Positions 13,755-26,631 of a stretch of 64,000 nucleotides of DNA are shown here, piece by piece. The stretch's first letter is position 1. Each line of letters begins with the position of its first letter. The DNA is from Squalus acanthias (Eukaryota). The notes under the pieces were generated by a model, which did no database searches, was not told where the DNA came from, and was given only the letters and a program-made list of their open reading frames with translations. The position numbers and the translations under genes are program-made. Location of the stretch: the NCBI GenBank assembly GCA_030390025.1, contig CM059432.1, forward strand, positions 46,564,001-46,628,000. Reading direction: 5' to 3'.

Positions 13755-14090
13755 CAGCTGTCAGCTTTTCACAAACATTAGAGCAAACTCACAACACGCC
13801 AGGGTGAGCAGGCGTGTTCCCCGAACAGCGGGTAACCAGTGGGGGAGAAGGTAAAATTACAAGTAAGCCTCAAAATATTCTTAAATTGGCTCTTAACAAG
13901 CCATTTAAGTACCAGAATTGTCTCCCCCGCTGCTTGGTGTCGGGTCAGTTCGCCGTTGACAGACCCAACACCTGGGAGACTCGCGTGGAGGCGGGTTGAC
14001 AGCGGGTTTCCTACCCGCTGTGAATCTTTGCGATTTTGACAACGGACCCGCCTCCAAACCCGCCCCCTCAACATGCTTAAATTCGCGGCC
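13755..14090. mobile_element. Terminal fragment of a non-autonomous Harbinger-type element
   Basis: Ends AAATTCGCGGCC. Subterminal GATTTTGACAACGGACCCGCCTCCAAACCCGC is closely similar to 63040-63075. Confidence 0.65.
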
Positions 14091-14104
14091 ATTGAGACTG
14101 TTTC

Positions 14105-14456
14105 AACAACAACAACAACAACTTGTATTTATTTAGCACCTTTAACGTAGTAAAACATCCCAAGGCGCTTCACAAGAATGTTATAAAACAAAATTTGACT
14201 CTGAGCTACAAAAGGAGATATTAGGACAGGTGACCAAAAGCTTGGTCAAAGAGGCAGATTTTAAGAAGCGTCTTAAAGGAGCAGAGTGAGGTAAGGAGGT
14301 GGAGAGGTTCAGGGAGGGAATTCTGGAGTTAGGACCTCGGCAGCTGAGGCCGGGCTGGCAATGGTGGAGCGATGAAAATCAGGGATGTGCAAGAAGCCAG
14401 AATTGGAGGAGCTCAGAGATCTTGGAGTATTGTAGGGCTGCAGGAGGTTACAGAGA
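14105..14456 (-). mobile_element. L2 LINE 3' end
   Basis: (CAA)n tail, then CTTGTATTTATTTAGCACCTTTAACGTAGTAAAACATCCCAAGGCGCTTCAC, the reverse complement of the L2 3' end at 6028-6627. Confidence 0.88.
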
Positions 14457-14832
14457 TATTAAAGAAAATATAACCATGAAAGATAACCATGAAACCGCTG
14501 CATAATAGTGTCCAGTCTATCCGGCCTTCCTGTCTAAAGAAGAAAGCACGGCAATGAACTAAACACTGGGGGCCTAAATTGGGTGTAAAAGTTACTTTCC
14601 ATATAATTCTTAACATTTTTCAGGTTTGATAATTTCAGTAAATTTCTCAAAAATACACTTTATTTTGTATTACATTAGGTCAATACATTTTAGTCTCCGT
14701 TTTCTTGAGTGGCTTAGTTGCCAACCAGAGTCCATAGAAACATAGAAACATAGAAGATAGGAGCAGGAGTAGGCCATTCGGCCCCTCGAGCCTGCTCCGC
14801 CATTCGATGAGATCATGGCTGATCATCCAAAC

Positions 14833-17800
14833 TCAGTACACTGTACCTGCCTTCTCCCCATATCCCTTGATACCTTTAGCTTTAAGAAATATATCTAACT
14901 CATTCTTGAATATATTTAATGACTTGGCCTCAACTACCTTCTGTGGTAGAGAATTCCACAGGTTCACCACTCTCTGGGTGAAGAAATTCTTCCTCATTTC
15001 TGTCCTAAATGGCTTACCCGTTATCCTTAGATTATGACCCCTGGTTCTGGACTCTCCGACCATCGGGAACATTCTTCCTGCATCTAGTTTGTCCAGACCT
15101 GTCAGAATTTTATGGCCCGAAAATTAAACCTAATACGCGAGAGTACGCACTGTGTACTCTCGCGTATTAGATCCCGAATTGCCGGTTTCCTGCATGCACT
15201 GCGCATGCGCGGGAAACCGGCACTTCGTGAATTGCAAAGGGGGCGGTTCCTAAGTGAACCGCGTGCGCGCTACAGGTTGTGCGCACGCAGTGCACTTTGT
15301 TTTTTTTTCAGCTTTGAACGCACAGGTAAGTGGTGAAGATTTTACACATAAAGAAAGCAGGCGTAGGACCCCCTTTTAACAAGGTAAGTAGTTAATTAAG
15401 TGTTATTTTAAAAAATTTTCAACAGGTTTATCTTTTTTAGAGACTTTAAAGAAAGGTAAGTTTATTTTTATAACTTTTAAAAAGATTTTAAATTTTTTCA
15501 AAAATTTAATTTTTTGTTTAAAGTGGTTAATTTATTTAACTATACTTATTTTATTAATGTGATGGCTTTTTTTTAAATTTACTTGAGGTTTAGCTGTTCT
15601 TTTGGGGGTTTGTAGTATTCATAGCTTTGACAGACATGCTGTCAAAACTATGAATGAAAGATGGTGTGCTGCCATTGGCTCTAACTGAATCACGTGATCC
15701 CAGAGCTCGCACGAACTAATTGCGCCTCAGGGATACGCACACACTGCGCGGTTGCAACAAGAAGAGGTTCTGAAACTGAAGTTCATGTGGGCCCCAAACA
15801 AAAAGGTAGGCGCGGAGTGCGATATCGCGGGGAATCCTTACCCCCGCGGGAACCATCGATGTTTAATTTCTGGGCCAATATGTTTCGGTGAGATCCCCTC
15901 TCATTCTTCTATACTCCAGTGAGTATAAGCCCAATCGATCCAATCTCTCCTCATATGTCATTCCTCCCATCCCAGGTATCAGCCTTGTGAATCTTCGCTG
16001 AACTCCTTCCATGGCAAGAACATCCTTCCTCAGATAAGGCGACCAAAACTGCACACAGTACTCAAGGTGTGGTCTCACCAAGGCCCTGTACAACTGCAGC
16101 AGGACATCCCTGTTCCTATACTCAAACCCTTTCGCTATGAAGGCCAACATACCATTTGCCTTCTTCACCGCCTGCTGCACCTGCATGCTTACCTTCAGCG
16201 ACTGGTGCACAAGGACACCCAGGTCTCGTTGCACTTCCCCTTCTCCCAATCTATTGCCATTCAGATAATAGTCTGCCTTTCTGTTTTTGACACCAAAGTG
16301 GATAACCTCGCATTTATCCACGTTATATTGCATCTGCCACGCTTCTGCCCACTCACCCAACCTGTCCAAATCATCCTGGAGTTTCTCGGTATCCTCCTCG
16401 CAGCACACACTCCCACCCAGCTTTGTGTCATCTGCAAACTTGGAGATATTACATTTAGTTCCCTTATCTAGATCATTAATGTATATTGTGAATAGCTGGG
16501 GTCCAAGGACCGATCCCTGCGGTACCCCACTAGTCACTGCTTGCCACTCGGAAAAAGACCCATTAATTCCTACTCTCTGCTTTCTGTCCGCCAACCAGTT
16601 CTCTATCCAAGTCAATACCTTGCCCCCAATCCCATGTGCCTTAACTTTACACGCTAATCTCTTATGCGGGACCTTATTGAAAGCCTTTTGAAAGTTCAAA
16701 TACACCACATCTACTGGTTCTCCCTTATCTATTTTCCCAGTTACATCCTCAAAAAATTCCAGTAGATTAGTCAAGCACGATTTACCTTTTGTAAATCCAT
16801 GTTGACTTTATCCGATCCTGTCACTGTTTTTCAAGTGCTCAGCTATTACATCCTTTATAATGGACTCTAGCATTTTCCCCACTACCGATGTCAGGCTTAC
16901 CGGTCTGTAATTCCCGGCTTTCTCTCTACCACCCTTTTTGAATAGTGGGGTAACATTAGCTACCCTCCAATCCATGGGTACAGTTCCAGATTCCATCGAA
17001 TGTTGGAAGATGATCAGCAATGCATCTACTATTTCTAGGGCCACTTCCTTATGTACCCTAGGATGTAGATTATCAGGCCCTGGGGATTTATCGGCCTTCA
17101 ATCCCGTCAATTTCCCTAACACCATTTCCCTGCAAATACTGATCTCTTTCAGTTCCTCCCTTTCATCAGACCATATGTTCTACAACATCTCTGGGAGGTT
17201 ATTTGTGTCCTCCTTTGTGAAGACAGAACCAAAATATGCATTTAATTGGTCTGCCATTTCTTTGATCCTCATTATTACTTCCCCCACTTCTGACTGCAAG
17301 GGACCTACACTTGATTTCACTAATCTTTTTCTCTTCACATATCTATAAAAGCTCTTACAGTCAGTTTTTATGTTCACTGCAAGCTTACTTTCATATTCTA
17401 TTATCCCCTTCTTAATTAATCCCTTTGTCCTCCTTTGTTGAATCCTAAACTGCTCCCAATCCTCAGGGTTACCGCTTCTTCTGGCCAATTTATATGCCCT
17501 CTCCTTGAATCTTATGCTATCCCTAATTTCCCTTGTTAGCCACGGTTGAGTCACCCTTTTTGTTTTATTCTTATGCCACACTGGGATGAACAAATTCTGT
17601 AGTTCATCCATGCAGTCTTTGAATGTTTGCCATTGCCTATCCACCGTCAACCTCTTGAGTGACATTCCCCAATCAATCCTATCCAATTCGCGCCTCATAC
17701 CATCGTAGTTTCCTTTATTTAAATTCAGGACCCTAGTCTCTGATTCAACTATTTCACTCTCCATCCTAATGAAGAATTCTATCATATTATGATCACTCTG

Positions 17801-18460
17801 ACCCAAGGGGCCTCGTACAACAAGATTGCTAATTAATCCTTTCTCGTTACATAATACCCAGTCTAAGATGGCCTGATCTCTGGTTGGTTTCTCGACATAT
17901 TGTTCCAGAAAACCATCCCGTAAACATTCTAGGAATTCCTCCTCCACAGTATTTTTACTAATTTGGTTAGCCCAATCTATATGTAAATTAAAGTCACCCA
18001 TGATGACTGCTGTGCACTTACTGCATGCTTCTCTAATTTCCCTTTTAATGCCGTCCCCAACCTCCGTATTACTGTTTGGAGGTCTATATACCACTCCCAC
18101 TAACGTTTTCTGCCCCTTGTTATTTCTCAGTTCTACCCATACAGATTCCACATCATCAGAGCTAATATCCTTCCTTTCAATTGTGTTAATCCCCTCTTTA
18201 ACCAGCAATGCTACCCCACCTCCCTTTCTTTTTTGCCTATCTTTCCTAAATATTGAATAACCCTGGATGTTGAGTTCCCAGCCTTGGCCACCCTGGAGCC
18301 ATGTTTCTGTAATCCCAATCAAATCGTATTCATTTACCTCTATTTGCGCAGCTAATTCATCCACCTTGTTCCGAATGCTCCTTGCATTAAGACACAAAGC
18401 CTTCAGGCTTGTTTTTCTAACGCTCTCAGACCTATATGAATTATTATTTACTGTGACCAT
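14833..18460 (-). pseudogene. CR1 ORF2 (APE endonuclease + reverse transcriptase), disrupted
   Basis: ORFs 17180-18460 (NARS, ITETWL, YRPP, GDFN, SDHN), 16808-17125, 15863-16774 ([12 protein letters not shown]) and 14833-15072; a few stops or frameshifts plus a MITE insertion. Confidence 0.93.
15114..15876. mobile_element. Non-autonomous Harbinger-type element (763 bp, AT-rich core) inserted in CR1 ORF2
   Basis: TIRs GGCCCGAAAATTAAAC / GTTTAATTTCTGGGCC; flanks TAT/AAT; splits CR1 codons ETY|KIL. A partial second copy lies at 45770-46231. Confidence 0.85.
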
Positions 18461-18582
18461 GTTTGATTTAAACCATTGAGTTCTTTGCCTTCTACTTTTG
18501 CTTTTATCCTTCCTGTCTTTCGCTTTTATCCTGGTTTCCCTTTCCTCTGTCTCCCTGCTCAGGTTCCCAACCCCCTGCCACT

Positions 18583-19530
18583 TTAGTTTAAACCCTCCCC
18601 AACAGCACTAGCAAACACTCCCCCTAGGACATCGGAACGGCCCTGCCCAGGTGCAGACCGTCCCATTTGTACTGGTCCCACCTCCCCCAGAACCGATTCC
18701 AATGTCCAAGGAATTTGAATCCCTCCCCCTTGCACCATTCCTCTAGCCACGTATTCATTGAAATATCCTCCTATTTCTACTCTGACTAGCACGTGGCACT
18801 GGTAGCAATCCTGAGATTACTACCTTTGAGGTCCTATTTTTTAATTTACATCCTAACTCACTATATTCTGCTTTTAGGACCTCATCCCGTTTTTTACTTA
18901 TATCGTTGATGCCTATGTGCACCACGACAACTGGCTGTTCACCCTCCCCCTCCAAAATGTCTGTAGCCGCTCCGAGACGTCCTTGACCCTTGCACCAGGG
19001 AGGCAACACACCATCCTGGAGTCTTGTTTGCGGCCGCAGAACCGCCTATCTATTCCCCTTACAATTGAATCCCCTATCACTATAGCTCTTCCACACTTTT
19101 TACTCCCAGCCTGTGCAGCAGAGCCACCCATGGTGCCAGGAAGTTGGCTGCTGCCGCCTTCCCCTGATAAGTCATCCCCCCCAACAGCATCCAAAGCAGT
19201 ATATCTGTTTGAGAGGGGGATGGCCACAGGGGACCCCTGCACTAACTGCTTGCACCTCTTACTCTGCCTGGTGGTCACCCATTCACTTCCTGCCTGTACA
19301 CCCTTTACCTGCGGTGTGACCAACTCGCTAAACATGTTATCCACGATGTTCTCAGCGTCGCGAATGCTCCAATATGCATACATCCGCAGCTCCAGCGCCG
19401 CAATGAGGTCCGTCAGTAGCTGCAGCTGGATACATTTCCCACACACATGGTCGTCAGGGGCACAGGAAGCATCCCTGATTTCCCACATATAGCATGAGGA
19501 GCATATCATGGGGCGGAGCTCTCCTGCCAT
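18583..19530 (-). pseudogene. CR1 ORF1 (CxxC zinc finger + SGNH esterase), frameshifted
   Basis: MAGELRPMICSSC...HVCGKC, then AIVIGDSIVRG, CLPGARVKDV, VVVHIGIND and VVISGLLPVPR across two frames. Confidence 0.88.
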
Positions 19531-19651
19531 GACTTACCCTTTAATTAATTAATTAAAATTAAACTAATTGAATCCCACCAATTTCACTTCAATTAAATGA
19601 TATACTCAGATTCTACCCCAACCCAAACTATGTAGTTAATGTTCAGAAATG

Positions 19652-20550
19652 GGGATGTTCGCTGATGACTGCACAGTGTTCAGCGCCATTCACAACTCCT
19701 CAGATAATGAAGCAGTCCATGCCCGCATGCAACAAGATCTGGACGACGTTCAGGCTTGGGCTGATAAGTGGCAGGTAACATTCGCGCCACACAAGTGCTA
19801 GGAAATGACTATCTCCAACAAGTGAGAGTCTAACCGCCGCCCCTTGACATTCAATGGCATTACCATCACGGAATCCCCCACCATCAACATCCTGGGGGTC
19901 ACCATTGACCAGAAACTTAACTGGACCAGCCACATAAATACTGTGGCAACAAGAGCAGGTCAGAGGCTAGGTATTCTGCGGTGAGTGTCTCACCTCCTGA
20001 CTCCCCAAAGCCTTTCTACCATCTACAAGGCACAAGTAAGAAGTGTGATGGAATACTCTCCACTTGCCTGGATGAGTGCAGCTCCAACAACACTCAAGAA
20101 GCTCGACACTATCCAGGACAAAGCAGCCCGCTTGATTGGCACCCCATCCACCACCTTAAACATTCACTCCCTCCACCACCGGTGTACCGTGGCTGCAGTA
20201 TGTACCATCTACAAGATGCACTGCAGCAACTCGCCAAGGCTTCTTCGGCAGCACCTCCCAAACCCGCGACCTCTTCCACCTAGAAGGACAAGGGCAGCAG
20301 GTGCATGGGAACACCACCACCTCCAAGTTCCCCTTCAAATCACACACCATCCTGACTTAGAAGTATATTGCCAATCCTTCATCGTCGCTGGGTCAAAATC
20401 CTGGCACTCCCTCCCTAAAAGCACTGTGGGAGTACCTTCACCACATGGACTGCAGCGGTTCAAGAAGGCGGCTCACCACCACCTTTTCAAGGGCAATTAG
20501 GGATGGGCAATAAATGCTGGCCTTGCCAGCGACGCCCACATCCCATAAAC
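19652..20550 (+). mobile_element. Second CR1-group LINE family, RT C-terminus and 3' end
   Basis: MFADDCTVF...WADKWQVTF; ORF 19985-20500 IYKAQVRSVMEYSP; tail GGGATGGGCAATAAATGCTGGCCTTGCCAGCGACGCCCACATCCC. Confidence 0.88.
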
Positions 20551-20629
20551 AATTTTTTTTAAAATTTGCTTTCATTTCTTTAGTGTAATTTATATATTTT
20601 TTAAACGAGTTGTAATTCGAAGGTCACAT

Positions 20630-21330
20630 CACTAACAGGCTGCCTCTGGTCATTTCTTCTTATCCTTCATCAAACATATCCTCTTTCTACCTGTAACTCC
20701 TCCATCTCTTTCTGCTCTATCCAACTCCCAAATTCCCTCTCTTCTATCTCATTCCACCATACTATCTCTTCAGGGCCTTTGAACGCATCATTGCTATCCA
20801 AGTATGTGCTCATCTCTCCCACCATTCCCTGTTCAAGTCCTTCTAATCTGGCTTCCAGCTAACACACGGCAGTAAAATCACCTTTGTCAAAGTTACCAAT
20901 AACCTCATGTGTGACTGTAACCATGGCTCACTGGCTTCGTCATGCTCTTTGGCCTCTCTGCTGTCTTCAATATTGTTGATCATTCCATTTGTCTCCATCA
21001 CTTCTCCTCCATGGCTCTTATTCACTTGGAGCTGTTCCATCACAGTCACATATGTTTCTTCAAACAATTTCACCCCTCATACCTACGCAGTCATCACCAA
21101 TGGCTTTCAGGACTTGAGAATTTCAGAAGTTATCTGTGCCTATTCATCATCTGTGTCAACTTCCACATATATATTAGTGAAAGATGACTTTACCTCTCTG
21201 TCACCACCATTGATATTCGGGCTGTTGCTATACTGTGTGACTGTTTGTCCAACGTCACGCCCCTGATTAGTCCTACAGTTCAAAATCATCTAAATTGAAG
21301 CCACCTTGTAGAGCTCATGTGGAAGCCTGT
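20630..21330 (+). mobile_element. Old degenerate L2 LINE RT fragment
   Basis: Degenerate similarity to the L2 at 55572-57085 (TCTGGCTTC...GTCAAAGTTACCAATAACCTCATGTGTGACTGT). Confidence 0.6.
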
Positions 21331-21738
21331 ATGACCTACAATGCTAACGCCAATATATATCATTAGAAACTAAGTAAACAATGTAAAATTTAAAGAGGTA
21401 ATTTTGTTCATTTATGGAAATTTAAGGTTATTAAATATTCATTAATAGTACACTAACTTGTCTGTTTCTGTGCTCAGGAAATTGTACATCTTAGTCCATG
21501 ATATTTCCTCCATTAATTTTAAGAAGCAGAAAATTTACACCTAAATACTTCAAGATAGGAAACAACTGACAATGAGGATAGCGTGAAGAGGGGTACCCGT
21601 GAGAACAAATGGGGATGAAGCTGAGTCAGGGGTGGAGGCTGATGAGCAGAGCATAGTGGGGTGGAGCGTTGGTGCCTGATGGTTTCAAAGGGGACAATGG
21701 CAGTTTGGTCCGATTCTTCCCAGCCCCTTCTCCACAAG

Positions 21739-22773
21739 GCCGATAGACCTTGCCTCCCCAAGACTTCCAGATCCAAGAAAAACCCAATGCTGCCATATTC
21801 TGTACTCCTCAATGCTTTGAAACCCCCTTCTTAATCCTGATGGATTGCAGGACACCTTCTCCTCACACTTCTCTCTCACTCTGAGATCCCAGGCTGCCCT
21901 CTCAAACCTCTAGACACTAGATCAGTATTCCAAGATCTTATAATCTCCACTGGATCTCCCTTACCAATGCCACCAGATCCCAAGATCCCTCTCCCAGTGA
22001 TCCAAATCCCAAGACCTACTCCAGTGTTTCAAGAATTTTGGGACACCCATCACAGTGTTTCCAAACCTTGGGACCGCACCTCAAAATGCTGCAAATCCTT
22101 TGATCCCCTTCCAGTACTGCCAAGTCCCAAGCCCCTTTCCCAGTGCTTCCAGGTTCAAGGGCCACCCCCACAATACTGATAAGTCAGTTTCCCTGGTAAT
22201 ACTATTGGTATAGTACCCTTGCTCTTCTAAAAGCTCTGACGCACCATGAACAATGGCTCTGGAGAACTGATAGTCGTATCGTATTTTCACCAACTTTGCT
22301 CAATAGTCCTTTGGTTTCTCAGTAGCCTTAGCTTTACCTTCTGCTCCATTCACAGATCTTTGATTTTTTATTTAGCATTCACAACCAAACAAATGCTATG
22401 CCCCTTAATGTTGCTCCTATGGTGTCCCTGCCTGCAGGACATTTTCCCCTCCCTACCTTTCAGGAAACTCTGCTACTGCAACCTTTCACCTTTCTGTGCA
22501 GGTATGCTCTTATTGTCGCCCTCCCAAAAAGTCTTCTATTGAGAAGACGGCTGCTTTACCTCACAAGAGTCTGACATTCTGCATTTAGTCACCTAACCTG
22601 GTAACATTCTTTACCAATGACTTTTCACTTCCGTATGAGTGCAGACCTATGCCAATGTTAAGGGTATCCCATCAGGATTGAGAAGGGGGTTTCAAAGCAT
22701 TGAGGTGTACAGGATATGGCAGCATTGGGTTTTTCTAGGATCTGGAAGTCTTGGGGAGGCAAGGTCTATCGGC
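21739..22773. repeat. 105-bp inverted repeat pair (21739-21843 / 22669-22773)
   Basis: Direct comparison shows about 4 mismatches in 105 bp. The ORF track shows the same peptide PSGLRRGFQSIE..RIWQHWVFLGSGSLGEARSIG on opposite strands. Confidence 0.92.
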
Positions 22774-23479
22774 TTGTTTCCATTCCTCATGAGCAATGGC
22801 ATTGGCAATCTATTGCTATATATTTTACTGTCGTTACATATGGCGAGTTGAGCAGCTTAACTTATTTGTTACAAACTTATTTGTGATACCCAGTAAAGTG
22901 TAGCCCTCATTTTTTGCTCGCATGCTGCAAACCTTATCGAGCCTTCTTTGAAGATGAAAGCACTAGCTGCTATGTGTGGGAGGATTTTATTGTACAATTG
23001 CATTATTTTTTTTAATGACTGCCAAGATTCTTGGAGAAAATGTACAACAATTGCATTGTTTCCTGAAGTTTGAATTGGACAAGAAGATTACAATTATGAA
23101 ATGATATAAGAAAACTGCAAAGCATCTAATGCTGCAGGTGTGAGCATAGGACCTGATGTTCCTATTAAATGGGAGAATTCCCACATGTATGGAACCAAGA
23201 TCATGAATCCATAGCTTTCATTTTGGGATTCAGTTCTAATGATATCCAAGTGTTTAGAATTTCTTTGTATATCGTTACCCTTAAGCATAGTTTCAACTGC
23301 CTCGCTAGTAAAGCTTACACTAATCAAAAGAAATGTAAACAAGCTGAACTTAATTAGCATTGGTTGGAGACTGTTACAATAGTGGTTTTCATAGATTAGT
23401 CATTGTGCACTGCAACAGATGCTTTGTATGTCAATATGGTAGACACTGATGCAAACTATACAGTTTTGTTCATTTTTTT

Positions 23480-23800
23480 CTTTATTTGTTCATGGGATAT
23501 GGGCGTTGGTGGTAAGGCCAGCATTTATTGCCCATCCCTAATTGCCCTTGAGAAGGTGGTGGTGAGCTGCTTTCTTGAACTGCTGCAGTCCGTGTGGTGA
23601 AGGTACTCCCACGGTACTATTAGGGAGGGAGTTCCAGGATTTTGACCCAGCGACGATGAAGGAACGGCGATATACTTCCAAGTCAGGGTGGTGTGGGACT
23701 TGGAGGTGGTGGTGTTCCCATGCGCCTGCTGCTCTTGTCCTTCTAGGTGGTAGAGGTCAGGGGTTTGGGAGGTGCTGCCAAAGAAGCCTTGGCAAGTTGC
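23480..23800 (-). mobile_element. Second CR1-group LINE family, 3' fragment
   Basis: Reverse complement of about 20230-20550. Confidence 0.88.
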
Positions 23801-24707
23801 TATAATATTTATTCTTAAAAATTGCAATATGTAATATGAAGCTTTTAAATTGCGAAAAAAAATTAACCAAAAAAATCTGCTAATTTAATTCAAGTGTATT
23901 CCAGCAGAAATGTATTTTTGTTTCCAGGCATTTTGTATTTTTCTCTCCAGGCAAGCTTGACAATAATAAATCCCCTTCTGTTTTTTTTAATAATTGTCAT
24001 GCACAAGTAACTCCTAAAAGCTCACATTCTATAAAAAGAACACTGATCCACAATGTAGAAATATTAACATCAGTATAGCTCATTAATAAAAAGATCACAA
24101 TATATTAAGCCACTGGGAGCATCAGCCATATCACTGCTTCCAGCTGCTAATTATCAAAGCTAGCAGTTTCCATTGGATTTAAACCACTCAGCTGACTCCA
24201 TCTTTAATTATTTTGCTGTAATCATAGTTAATTCTTTCTATGAGATGTAAAATTAAATTTAAATATTCCAGTGATGGGGTGAGAAACCTTCATCCGGGAA
24301 ATTCCCAACAGGTAAACACTGCAATTAGATATTCACAAGGTTTGACTATGATTGATCAACATGCGAATCAAAAGTAATTTTCAAAAATAGAAGTGCTCAA
24401 TAAATTCTTTGAAAATCCTTAATGTATGTACATCAAATTAATGTCAGGATATAACTTGGAAGAATGGTAAAAAAATTCAGTCATAAACAACTGTTAGTCA
24501 TGAACAATTCCTTTGTATTTCGATTGATATACTCTTTCTTTTTTTAATCAATAATCAATTCTGATGACAGCAACTCCATTTCCAAGTGTCAATTGTCAAG
24601 TGAATCAGGTTTCAATTCACATTTAATAGATTATTAAAAAGGCTCGAATTCAGTAGACCATTTATAAAGATCGAATGAATAACAGTTAATTTAATCCCAT
24701 AGTATTT

Positions 24708-25187
24708 GAGTGGAGAGGGTACAGAAGAGCTTTACTAGAATGGTTCCAGGGATGAGGGATTACAGTTACATGGATAGACTGGATAATCTGGGGTTGTTCT
24801 CCTTGGAGTAGAGAAGGCTAAGAGGAGATTTGATAGAGGTGTTTATAATCATGAAGGGTTTAGATCGAGTAAATAAAGAAAAACTGTTTCCAATGGCTGA
24901 AGGACCGATAACGAGAGGGCACAGATTTAAGGTGATTGGCAAAAAGAGGCGACATGAAGAAAAACATTTTTACGCAACGAGTGGTTAGGATTTGCAACGC
25001 ACTGCCTGATAGGGTGGTGGATACAGATTCAATAGCAGCCTTCAAAAGGGAATTGGATAAATACTTGGAGAAAAAATTGCAGGGATATGGGGAAAGAGAC
25101 TAACTGGATTGCTCTTCGAAAGAGCCGGCGCAGACTCGATGGGCCGAATGGCCTCCTTCTGTGCTGTACTATTCTATGATTCTACGA
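24708..25187 (+). mobile_element. CR1 LINE 3' fragment
   Basis: ERVQKSFTRMVPG...RRLRGDLIEVF; ends GGGCCGAATGGCCTCCTTCTGTGCTGTACTATTCTATGATTCTA. Confidence 0.88.
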
Positions 25188-26631
25188 TCTGTGTTTTATT
25201 AGGATAATGAACTATTTTACCACACTGAAATTATAGCATGAGATTCCCTGCTTTGTATAACAAGCCTAGGTGCCTGCAAACTGAACATGCTGTTATAGAG
25301 CAAGGAACATCATTGAAAAATGCTTACATAGAACACCCTAAACTTATTTCTGCTGTATAAGATGTCTGTGCTAAAATAAAAAGCACTGCTGCTACTTTTC
25401 TCCCAACATAGCATTTTACACAGCACGCACAAATACAAATTCTGCCCCCATCTGCTCATCTTGTTAGCGATTGATTAATATTCCTTAAGGTGCTCAATTG
25501 TCAGCTAAAAGGATTGTGAGCGCTTTATAAGCTTGAAGTGTCAACAAAATGTTTAATTTTACTGGATCGTGTTTTTTTTAAAGATTTATTCCATCTGTTA
25601 TTGTCTGTGCTGAGGGAAAATCCCCTTCATCCTTCCCTTGTAACAAAGCTTCTATTCACCACAAAAAGCAGCATCATTATACATCCTTCATCTGTGACAC
25701 GCTGCGATACTCAGAGGAAATGGCATGGTTGCATTGCTACTCCAGTCAGGATATGTTCATCACACAGGAACTCCCTCTGAAGCAAGGTCACAATTTGTCT
25801 TGCTTAACAGCAGCCTAATCAGACCAAAGAAAAAAACATCACACTATAATTGAAGGCTGAGGATCGTTGGAGGTAAAAAAAACCAGTTTGGAAAAGTATT
25901 TCTTCAGACAAGAAATACTTTTGGAACATTTATCATGTGGCTTGTACCAAATAGAAACAAACATCACTGCTTGATAAATAGGTTTAAGAGTAGAATTCTG
26001 CTTATTTATCTCTGCAGTACCACAGTTATCCGAAAATTAAATGTTCCATTTTCTAAGTAGGAATAAATTCTTCACCCCTGAAATGGAGAGTAGCCATTCA
26101 ACAGTAATTGGTCCCTTCTTTACAACAGGGACACCTCCAAAATGCTGGAGGAGTGCAATTGGGGCGTGCATAAGTAGTGTTTGCTGCCGCCCCTACTCAA
26201 CCCACTCTCGGAGCACAAATTGCTAAAATTTCTTCAATTGGATGGAAACCTGGCAAATCTGGGTTCCTTCCCAAATTGTGACCCAGTTCTGCACCTTGAG
26301 TGGCATTTCTATGCTTGTGAATAGTTCTAAAGTGTCAAAAGTAATTTGGAAAATTAGGTAGTCATTGCAAAGGCTGTTCAGAATGACTGGCAGGGCTGAA
26401 AGGAAGGAAAGGTCAATGAGGAGGCACGAAACAGGGCATGTGGGAAAATTGTGGAGCCTGGTGCTTTCTGCAGCACCTGCAGGACATGGGAGCAAACAGC
26501 ATATGTTAAAGAATCTGGTAGTGCAAGACTACCCAATAGAACAAGACCAGACCTAAGATTCCATGGCACAAAGTGTTGCCAGTTAACTGGTTTCACATTT
26601 ACTGCTCACCTGTGCTAAACTCACACATAAC

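Larger units (their letters stand above)
14733..19560 (-). mobile_element. Near-full-length CR1 (HER1-like) LINE
   Basis: ORF1, ORF2, 3' UTR and (TTTCTATG)n tail are all present. A MITE interrupts it at 15114-15876. 5' boundary approximate. Confidence 0.95.

Noticed and set aside
16067..16691. Repeated 134-aa plus-strand ORFs (also 34014-34638)
   Set aside because: Antisense shadows of the CR1 RT region, recurring only because the LINE is repeated.
23094..23360. 88-aa minus-strand ORF with a signal-peptide-like N-terminus (MLIKFSLFTFLLISVSF)
   Set aside because: No recognisable domain or splice structure; hydrophobic starts arise by chance in T-rich DNA.
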